Shown one piece after another: positions 56,555-64,000 of a DNA stretch of 64,000 bases. Where the stretch lies: positions 18,378 to 82,377 of the forward strand of contig JAUIBT010000018.1 in the NCBI GenBank assembly GCA_030428255.1, written 5' to 3'. The notes beneath the pieces were generated by a model that made no database searches, was not told where the DNA came from, and was given only the letters and a program-made list of their open reading frames with translations. This DNA is from Alphaproteobacteria bacterium (GTDB lineage: Bacteria; Pseudomonadota; Alphaproteobacteria; UBA7985; JAUIBT01). Position 1 is the first letter of the stretch, and each line of letters opens with the position of its first letter. The translations under genes were made by a program, and so were the position numbers.

Positions 56555-56884
56555 ATGCAGATCGTATCGGTGACCCCGGCCGCTAAAGACCATATCGCCC
56601 TGCTGATGGAGGGTGCCCCTGCGGACACGCAAGGTTTGAAGGTGTCGATTAAGCAGGGGGGCTGTTCAGGCTATGAATACGATATCGCCTACGCCGCGAA
56701 AGGCGACAAGTTTGGCGAAGTGGTGGACCTGGGCGAACACAAGCTGTTTATCGATCCTGGCGCGATCATGTTTTTACTCGGCGCAACCATCGATTACCAG
56801 GTTGAACGGTTTGCGTCTGGATTCCGATTCATCAACCCCAATGAAAAAGCACGCTGTGGTTGTGGTGAGAGCATCACCTTTTAG
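56555..56884 (+). CDS. HesB/IscA/SufA iron-sulfur cluster A-type carrier
   Basis: GGCSGYEY, F.F.NPN, CGCGES. Confidence 0.93.
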   Translation: MQIVSVTPAAKDHIALLMEGAPADTQGLKVSIKQGGCSGYEYDIAYAAKGDKFGEVVDLGEHKLFIDPGAIMFLLGATIDYQVERFASGFRFINPNEKARCGCGESITF

Positions 56885-57161
56885 GACTGACGCCTAACAA
56901 TTAGGTAACCGACTTGTCATTGGTATAAGCAAACCTATTCTTAAGGTTACAATTGTAGTGCAAATTTTCGTTTTCTGCGTCGCGGATTGAGAAAAACAGG
57001 CAGATCGCGAGCAATTCTACGTATGCGATGTTGCGAAACCTAACCGAATGTGCCTCAATTGACCTGCTTATGGGTATTGCTGGGTCTCATTGTTTCATTA
57101 AACAACAAGTTTTCTAGCAAACGTTCTTTTATTACTACCCTGTATGGGGTGCGAGGTCGAT

Positions 57162-57830
57162 ATGTCCGCAAAAATTGTAGGCCGTAGACAGATTTTGATG
57201 TCCGGCTGTGCCATGGCCGCTCTTTCTAGTTTCGGTTTGTCCGTCACGCAGGCTACAGCCGCATCAGGGGCAGTGGCCGAGTTTGATATCTCAGCGCGAG
57301 GACAGAAAGTTGGATCGCATTCCATGCAGTTCCGTCTGTCAGGTGATCAGCTTGTTGTCAATTCGAAGGTTGATGTAACCGCCGAGTTCGCAGGTATTAG
57401 CCTGTTCAACTATAAGTTTATAGCGCAGGAGCTGTGGCGCGGTGACGTCCTTCAGTCCTTGCGCTCGCGCACGCGCATGAACGGCCAGACCTTCAATGTC
57501 TCGGCTGTCCGCCAAGGAAATCAGGTGATCATCGACGGGTCGCGTGGTCGAGTTGCCGCGCCGCTGGGCATCAAGCCGACCTCGTATTGGAAACCCGCCT
57601 TGCTGCGGGAACGCCGTTTGTTGGACATGCAGCGTGGTATCATCTTGGACGTACAATCCGCCAAGACAGGGACAGAGACCATCAATGCCATGGGCGGACG
57701 GGTGCGCGCCAATCGCTACTCCATGAAGGGCGATGCCAATATGGAGCTGTGGTACACACCCAAAGGGGATTGGGCTGCCGGAGCCATGAAGCTGAAGGGC
57801 GTCTTGGTGCAGTTCGCGCGCAAGACCTAG
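57162..57830 (+). CDS. Tat-exported DUF6134-like beta-sheet protein
   Basis: GRRQIL twin-arginine signal; G.KVG, ELW.G..L..L.S.T..NG, PTSYW, LWY. GAGGT SD. Confidence 0.7.
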   Translation: MSAKIVGRRQILMSGCAMAALSSFGLSVTQATAASGAVAEFDISARGQKVGSHSMQFRLSGDQLVVNSKVDVTAEFAGISLFNYKFIAQELWRGDVLQSLRSRTRMNGQTFNVSAVRQGNQVIIDGSRGRVAAPLGIKPTSYWKPALLRERRLLDMQRGIILDVQSAKTGTETINAMGGRVRANRYSMKGDANMELWYTPKGDWAAGAMKLKGVLVQFARKT

Positions 57831-58051
57831 CCACGGTCAGGCTAACAGAACACAACAGGTTCGAATAAACAAGGCGCGGGCTGCTTTTACGGTCAGGCGC
57901 CCTTTTTCTTGTCGCTGTGCCCTGAGTTTCGGCGTTTGCAGCGCTGCTAAGTAGGCTGGTTCACATTTCCTGCTTGTCAAAGCCAGAATCGTGTGCCTTA
58001 TTCGGCGGGTCTGGCGCACCAAAGCGCTCACAAACTAGAGGTTTGCCCCGT

Positions 58052-59257
58052 ATGAACGGTACCATTGGGACTGCGTCCCCCGTGGCCGCGCACGACGTTG
58101 CGCGTCCTACTCTTCGCCCTGCTGATCCGCGATTTTCCCCCGGACCGACCGCCAAATTCGCCGGCTGGACGCTAGAGCTTCTCAAAGAAGCAAGCCTGGG
58201 TCGCTCGCACCGCTCGAAGATCGGTAAAGCGAAGCTCCAAACTCTCATCACCAAATCAAAAGCTATGCTGGGCATGCCCGCCGACTGGCGCCTTGGCATC
58301 ATGGCAGGCTCGGACACCGGCGCTGTCGAAGCGGCTCTGTGGAACATGCTGGGCGCGCGCGGTGTCGATGTGCTGGTTTGGGAGAGCTTTGGCGGTGACT
58401 GGGCCAAAGATGCCAAAGACCAACTTGGGATCGAGGATCTGCGGGTGTTGAAGGCAGATTATGGCCAGCTTCCCAATTTGTCCGCCGTAGACTTTGATCG
58501 CGACGTCATTCTGACCTGGAACGGCACCACCTCAGGCGTGCGGCTGGTGGACGGCGACTGGATTCCCGAAGACCGCCAGGGCCTGGTGATCGCTGACGCG
58601 ACCTCTGCGGCCTTTGCGATGGATCTGCCCTGGGATAAACTGGATGTCGTGACCTGGTCTTGGCAGAAGGTGCTGGGCGGCGAGGCGGCGCACGGCATGC
58701 TCGCGCTCAGCCCGCATGCGGTCGAGCGGATCCGCAGCTATAAGCCAAACCGTCCCATCCCGAAAATCTACCAATTGCGCAAGGGTGAGGATCTGAACGA
58801 GGCCATTTTCGAAGGCGCGACGCAAAATACCCCGTCTTTGTTGGCGGTCGAAGACTGCTTGGCGGCGCTCAATTGGGCCGGTGACCAAGGCGGGCTCTCC
58901 GCGCTAATCGCACGCACGGATCGCAATGCCCAGGTGATGTTTGATTGGATCGCGCGCACCCCTTGGGTCGAGAACCTGTGTGAGGACGACAAACACCGCT
59001 CCACAACTGGCGTATGTCTCAAGGTGGTCGATCCCGAGGTTGCGAGCCTGGATGAGGCCGCACAAAAGGCCTTTTGCAAGTCCATGAGCAAGTTGTTGGA
59101 CCAAGAAGGCGTTGCGTTTGACATCGACGCCTACCGGGCCGCGCCCGCTGGCTTGCGGATATGGTGCGGCGCGACGGTCGAAGCCAGCGATTTGCAGGCC
59201 CTGACTCCCTGGTTGGACTGGGCCTTTGCCACCGCTAAAGCGCAGACCTTTTCCTAA
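58052..59257 (+). CDS. serC: phosphoserine aminotransferase (alphaproteobacterial/Methanosarcina type)
   Basis: FSPGPTAK, GRSHRS, GSDTGAVE, NGTTSGV, DATSA, SWQKVLGGEAAHG, GLRIWCG. Confidence 0.93.
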   Translation: MNGTIGTASPVAAHDVARPTLRPADPRFSPGPTAKFAGWTLELLKEASLGRSHRSKIGKAKLQTLITKSKAMLGMPADWRLGIMAGSDTGAVEAALWNMLGARGVDVLVWESFGGDWAKDAKDQLGIEDLRVLKADYGQLPNLSAVDFDRDVILTWNGTTSGVRLVDGDWIPEDRQGLVIADATSAAFAMDLPWDKLDVVTWSWQKVLGGEAAHGMLALSPHAVERIRSYKPNRPIPKIYQLRKGEDLNEAIFEGATQNTPSLLAVEDCLAALNWAGDQGGLSALIARTDRNAQVMFDWIARTPWVENLCEDDKHRSTTGVCLKVVDPEVASLDEAAQKAFCKSMSKLLDQEGVAFDIDAYRAAPAGLRIWCGATVEASDLQALTPWLDWAFATAKAQTFS

Positions 59258-59387
59258 GACACACCCAACACACCCGTATGAGCTGAGGCGCTGAGCAGCG
59301 CTTCAACCCGCCGACAGGCACGCAACAACCGACGCGGCGCGCTGCAAAGCTTTGCGCAGCCGCACGAAATCGAAGAAAGACTTAGCT

Positions 59388-60977
59388 ATGAGCACACCCA
59401 AGGTCCTAATTAGTGACAGCATGAGCAGCTTGGCTGCAGACGTGTTCCGCCAGCGCGGCATTGACGTCACGGTGTCCCCCAAAATGAGCCCAGAAGAGCT
59501 GGAGGCTGTGATTGGCGACTATGATGGCTTGGCCATTCGCTCCGCGACCAAGGTCACTGCCGATTTGCTCGCCAAGGCCCCCAATTTGAAAGTGGTCGGG
59601 CGGGCCGGTATCGGCGTTGATAACGTCGATGTGCGCCGCGCCACCGCACAAGGCATCGTTGTCATGAACACCCCCTTTGGCAACGCCGTCACCACCGCTG
59701 AGCACGCCATCGCCATGATGTTTGCGGTCGCGCGCCAAATCCCTGAAGCCAGCGCCTCGACCCACGCGGGCAAGTGGGAAAAGTCCAAGTTCATGGGCAC
59801 CGAGATTACCGGCAAGACCTTGGGCCTGATCGGCTGTGGCAACATCGGTTCTATCGTCGCGAGCCGGGCTCTGGGCCTCAAGATGAAGGTCTTGGCCTAC
59901 GATCCTTTCCTGACCGACGAACGCGCGGTCAAATTGGGTGTCTCCAAAGTCACGCTCGACGAGTTGCTGAGCCGCGCTGACTTCGTGACGCTGCACGTTC
60001 CTTCGACCAAAGAGACCAAGGGCATTATCTCGGCCTCTGCCATCAACCAGATGAAGAAGGGCGCTTACCTGATCAACTGTGCACGCGGCGGCTTGGTTGA
60101 CGAGCTGGCGCTGAAGGCCGCTCTGGATTCAGGCCACTTGGCAGGCGCCGCTCTGGACGTGTTCGAGGTCGAGCCCGCTAAGGAAAATGTCCTGTTCGGA
60201 ACGCCCAACTTGGTCTGTACGCCGCACTTGGGCGCAGCCACCAGCGAAGCGCAGGAAAAGGTAGCGGTACAAATCGCTGAACAAATGGCGGACTTCTTGC
60301 TGGATGGCGCTGTCACCAACGCGTTGAACGCACCGTCGTTGACCGCCGAAGAAGCGCGCGTGCTGGAGCCTTACCTGCAACTGGTCAAAGGCCTGGGCGC
60401 AATGGTTGGCCAGCTCACCAAGGACGAGATCACCGACATTCAGGTGACCTACGCTGGCCAGGCGCGCAATCTCAGCCACGACCCACTGACCCAGACGGCA
60501 GTGCAAGCGGCTTTGGCCCCCACCTTAAGCTCGATCAACATGGTGAACGCCATGGAGATTGCAAGTGAGCGGGGCATTCAAATTGCCACCACCAAGACTG
60601 AGATGGACGGCGACTTCCAGACTTTGATTGGCTTGCAGATCACCACCAAGACCTATACCCGCGATATCAAGGGCACTCTGGTCAACGGTCGCGAGCCGCG
60701 CGTCGTCGAAGTCAAGGGCATCCCGTTGGAAAGTAATTTTGGCGAGCACATGCTGTATGTTGCCAACCAAGACCAGCCGGGTTTGATTGCAGGCGTCGGT
60801 GCAATTCTGGCGGATCGCGGGGTCAATATCGCATCGCTGCACTTGGGTCGTCGTGATCAAGGCGGTGAGGCGGTCTGCTTGTTGGAGGTCGATTCTCCTG
60901 TCAGCGATGAGGTCATGGCCGCCGTTCTTGAGCTGCCGCAAGTTGATCGTGCTGCTTACCTGCGCTTTGAACTGTAA
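59388..60977 (+). CDS. serA: D-3-phosphoglycerate dehydrogenase
   Basis: GRAGIGVDNVD, TTAEHA, GCGNIG, INCARGG, TPHLGA; C-terminal ACT domain. Confidence 0.96.
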   Translation: MSTPKVLISDSMSSLAADVFRQRGIDVTVSPKMSPEELEAVIGDYDGLAIRSATKVTADLLAKAPNLKVVGRAGIGVDNVDVRRATAQGIVVMNTPFGNAVTTAEHAIAMMFAVARQIPEASASTHAGKWEKSKFMGTEITGKTLGLIGCGNIGSIVASRALGLKMKVLAYDPFLTDERAVKLGVSKVTLDELLSRADFVTLHVPSTKETKGIISASAINQMKKGAYLINCARGGLVDELALKAALDSGHLAGAALDVFEVEPAKENVLFGTPNLVCTPHLGAATSEAQEKVAVQIAEQMADFLLDGAVTNALNAPSLTAEEARVLEPYLQLVKGLGAMVGQLTKDEITDIQVTYAGQARNLSHDPLTQTAVQAALAPTLSSINMVNAMEIASERGIQIATTKTEMDGDFQTLIGLQITTKTYTRDIKGTLVNGREPRVVEVKGIPLESNFGEHMLYVANQDQPGLIAGVGAILADRGVNIASLHLGRRDQGGEAVCLLEVDSPVSDEVMAAVLELPQVDRAAYLRFEL

Positions 60978-61166
60978 GTGATGCCCCAGCGCGTGGTGCC
61001 GGTCCTAGAAGGGTCGGTGTCCGCGCGCTGCTTGGAGCGAGGCCAAAGCCTGGCGCTCGCGAACGCGCCAAGAAGTCTGGGCCAATCGCATTCGATGACA
61101 TCCCGTCCAAGTCCGCCAAGCCCTGGGCTATGTCCTAGGGCATAAACCGAGAATAAGAGCCGCACC

Positions 61167-62096
61167 GTGTCTGCTATGATTCCCAACTCTCCCGTGCCTC
61201 ATGTCGTTACCTTGGTGGCTCAGTCCCTAACCAGCGCTGCCGTCGAGCGCGCAAAGTCTTGCCTGCAAACCCAAGGCGTGCCGCTTGGCGAGGTCGTCTG
61301 GCTAAGCCAAGGGCGGGCGCTGGATTTGCACATCACCCTGCGCAGCGAGCGGGCTGACGCGCTGACCCAAACCTTGTGGGATGTCCTGCCCGGCATTGAC
61401 CTGGCCGTGATGGCGCAACGCAACCGTCGCAAACGGCTGATGTGCGCAGATATGGATTCAACGATTGTCGTCGGTGAGACCATCGAGTTCATGGCCGAAG
61501 TTCTGGGCGTGCGTGAGAAGGTAGCGGACATAACCGAGCGCGCCATGCGCGGAGAGCTGGACTTTACCCAAGCCCTGGTCGAGCGGGTACGCATGCTGCG
61601 TGATCTACCAGTCGAGCGGCTGGCCGAAATCGCAGCCTCCTTGCAGTATCATCGCGGCGGCCGCCGCTTGGTCGCAACCATGAAGGCCGAGGCAGGCGCG
61701 CACTGCGTGTTGGTCTCCGGCGGCTTTGATCCCATTGCCGAGGTGGTGCGCGGGCACCACGGTTTTGACCGCCAGGTGTCCAATGTCCTTGGCATGACCG
61801 GTGACGCCCGCTTGTCCGGCACCGTGCACCTGCCCGTCGTTGACGGCGACAAAAAGCTGGAAATCTTCCGCCAGAGCATGGCGGACCTGAAAATTCCGGC
61901 CAACGCAACATTGGCCATCGGTGATGGGGCCAATGATTTGCCGATGATCCAGGCGGCCTCGCTGGGGATTGCCTATAAGGCCAAGCCTTTGGTGCGCCAG
62001 GCGACGCGCTTTCAAATCAACCACACCGACCTTGTGACAGGACTCTATTATCAGGGCTATCGCGACGCTGAAATTGCCGAGGTCGATTGGAGCTAA
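61167..62096 (+). CDS. serB: phosphoserine phosphatase
   Basis: ADMDST, SGGF, K, GDGANDLPM HAD motifs. Confidence 0.92.
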   Translation: MSAMIPNSPVPHVVTLVAQSLTSAAVERAKSCLQTQGVPLGEVVWLSQGRALDLHITLRSERADALTQTLWDVLPGIDLAVMAQRNRRKRLMCADMDSTIVVGETIEFMAEVLGVREKVADITERAMRGELDFTQALVERVRMLRDLPVERLAEIAASLQYHRGGRRLVATMKAEAGAHCVLVSGGFDPIAEVVRGHHGFDRQVSNVLGMTGDARLSGTVHLPVVDGDKKLEIFRQSMADLKIPANATLAIGDGANDLPMIQAASLGIAYKAKPLVRQATRFQINHTDLVTGLYYQGYRDAEIAEVDWS

Positions 62097-62175
62097 GGCC
62101 TGCCAGAACGAGGGGGCTGGTCAAACCTGGTTGCCTTCGCTATCTAAAGCCCAGACATGTGTTTTGGAGATTTGG

Positions 62176-62730
62176 ATGGCTGCGGTTCCACCCCCTTGCG
62201 ATTTCGGCTGGATTGCCCCTGACTTCGCTTTGCCAAGCGTCCAAGGACAGACCTTGCGCTATGCAGATATTGCGGGTCCGCGCGGCTGCGTGGTGGCCTT
62301 CATTTGCAACCATTGCCCTTATGTGGTGGCAATCGCGCGCCGTTTGCCGTCTCACGTGCAAGAGCTGCGTGCGCTTGGGGTCGGGTTTGTGGCCATAAAC
62401 GCCAATGACGCTCGGCGCTATCCGCAAGACAGCTTTGAAAATATGGGAAAATTTGCCAGGCAATTTGGCTTCGACTTCCCCTACCTCTACGATGAGACGC
62501 AGAGCGCGGCGCGCGCCTACGGAGCAGTCTGTACGCCGGATTTCTTTGGCTTTGCCGCCGACCGAGGCCTGCAATATCGCGGGCGATTGGATCTATCTCG
62601 CCAAGACCCAGGCCCTGATGACGCCGAGCGCGAGCTTGTTGAGGCCATGCATTTGATCGCGGAAACAGGCCGTGGGCCAAAGAAACAGAATCCCTCCATG
62701 GGATGTTCGATAAAGTGGAAAGAGGTCTAA
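62176..62730 (+). CDS. thioredoxin-family (AhpC/TSA-like) protein
   Basis: FICNHCPYV, YLYDETQ..A..YGAVCTPDFF, YRGRLD, PSMGCSIKW. Confidence 0.9.
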   Translation: MAAVPPPCDFGWIAPDFALPSVQGQTLRYADIAGPRGCVVAFICNHCPYVVAIARRLPSHVQELRALGVGFVAINANDARRYPQDSFENMGKFARQFGFDFPYLYDETQSAARAYGAVCTPDFFGFAADRGLQYRGRLDLSRQDPGPDDAERELVEAMHLIAETGRGPKKQNPSMGCSIKWKEV

Positions 62731-62731
62731 G

Positions 62732-63478
62732 GTGCGCTATTTTCTGGTCGCCAATTGGAAGATGAATGGCTCGCAGAGCTTTGCGCGCGATTGGCTGAAG
62801 CGCTTGGGGCGGCACAGTGACGACAATCGTCACATTATTGTCTGCCCGCCGGCGACGATCCTGGGAAATCCCGAGATTGCAACGCTTGCCGAACAGCAAG
62901 GTATTGGACTTGGCGGGCAGGACTGTCACGCTGCCAGTGATGGCGCTTTTACGGGTTGGGTCTCCGCCCCCATGCTGGCGGAGCTGGGCGTGAGCGCGGT
63001 GATTGTCGGCCACTCAGAGCGGCGAGAATTCGCCCAAGAGAGCGACAGCGATGTCGCTGCAAAGGCGGCGGCGGCACATCAAGCGGGCTTGCTGGCAATC
63101 GTATGCGTTGGGGAGAGCCTGGCTCAGCGCCAGGCCGGAGCAGCCGAAGCAACGGTCGAAGCTCAATTGCGTGCTAGCCTGTCGACCAGCAGCAATACCA
63201 GCAACACTCTGGTCGCTTATGAACCGATCTGGGCCATAGGCACCGGGCAAGTGGCCCAGCCCGCCGATGTCGCTGCTATGCACGCGCATCTGGCTCAGGT
63301 TTGCGCGGATATGGGATTGGCTAGGATGCCGCTTTTGTATGGTGGCTCGGTTAAGCCTGGCAACGCTGGCGATTTGCTCGCGCTCGAACATGTCAGCGGT
63401 GCGCTGGTCGGAGGGGCCGCGCTTCAGGCGGACTCGTTCGCCGCCATCGTTGATGCTACTCCAGCCGGTGAGGGCTAA
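62732..63478 (+). CDS. tpiA: triosephosphate isomerase
   Basis: VANWKMNG, GHSERR, AYEPIWAIGTG, YGGSV, LVGGA. Confidence 0.96.
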   Translation: MRYFLVANWKMNGSQSFARDWLKRLGRHSDDNRHIIVCPPATILGNPEIATLAEQQGIGLGGQDCHAASDGAFTGWVSAPMLAELGVSAVIVGHSERREFAQESDSDVAAKAAAAHQAGLLAIVCVGESLAQRQAGAAEATVEAQLRASLSTSSNTSNTLVAYEPIWAIGTGQVAQPADVAAMHAHLAQVCADMGLARMPLLYGGSVKPGNAGDLLALEHVSGALVGGAALQADSFAAIVDATPAGEG

Positions 63479-63480
63479 CT

Positions 63481-64000
63481 GTGTCCCAAGCACGCCTGAA
63501 ATTCCCCGATGATATCCGGGTGATCTTTACCGCTGCGTGGCGGTATCGCATGCCACTTGTCCGGATGGTGGTGATCGCTAGCCTGGTGTTCGTCGCCTTA
63601 GGTACGATCTTCCCATTTCCCAGTACCGAACAGGTAACTGAAGAAAACCTGCTGGCCTGGATTCAGCAGGCGTTTTGGGTCGTTCTTGTCCTCCAGGCAC
63701 TCGCTATGCCCTTTCTTGTCGCGGTTACAAGCCTTGGGCTTTTGGATGTTATGCGCTCGGGCCACTATCGCCCGCGGTTCTACCTTAGTCGGCTTTGGGA
63801 CCGCTTACTGCCTTTGACCGCAGTCCTAGTGATAAGTGCGGTGATTGTAGGTGTCGGCTACCAATTCTTCGTACTGCCGGGCTACATCCTATCGTTTTTC
63901 GTCATGTATGCACCGATGCTTGTTTTGGTTGACGGTCACCGGGTCGGTGAAAGCTTGAAGTTGTCCTTCGCGGTGGTCGGCCGAAATTTTTGGCCGATCC
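63481..64000 (+). CDS. integral membrane protein (YciC/UPF0259-like), truncated by the window end
   Basis: Open frame from GTG 63481 to the window end (VSQARLKF...VLPGYILSFFVMYAPMLVLVDGHRVGESLKLSF..V.RNFW); several TM helices; absent from the supplied ORF track. Confidence 0.7.
   Translation, partial: MSQARLKFPDDIRVIFTAAWRYRMPLVRMVVIASLVFVALGTIFPFPSTEQVTEENLLAWIQQAFWVVLVLQALAMPFLVAVTSLGLLDVMRSGHYRPRFYLSRLWDRLLPLTAVLVISAVIVGVGYQFFVLPGYILSFFVMYAPMLVLVDGHRVGESLKLSFAVVGRNFWPI

Overview
Prokaryotic window with an alphaproteobacterial gene set (pdhA-pdhB-pdhC-lpdA-lipA with a lipoyl-fused E1 beta, alpha-type serC, aap/bzt transporter, map-radC, acuI). It is densely packed with about 59 complete CDS, one 3'-truncated CDS, tRNA-Lys(UUU) and a TPP riboswitch. 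I saw no transposase, integrase, phage gene or CRISPR array. All calls are manual motif recognition; no database searches were run. Most genes are housekeeping or metabolic, but several usually conserved operons appear broken up. Main oddities: (1) an ArsR-type HTH regulator fused in frame to sulfate adenylyltransferase CysD, with an operator-like inverted repeat just upstream and cysNC coupled downstream; (2) a translationally coupled three-gene unit of a ParA-family ATPase with an N-terminal membrane anchor, an unknown small helical protein and an Lhr-type DEXH helicase; (3) an AapM permease with a ~152-aa insertion; (4) leuC and leuD arranged head-to-head; (5) a secreted protein with a duplicated 4-Cys module; (6) a gamma-glutamyl hydrolase plus M42 peptidase pair.
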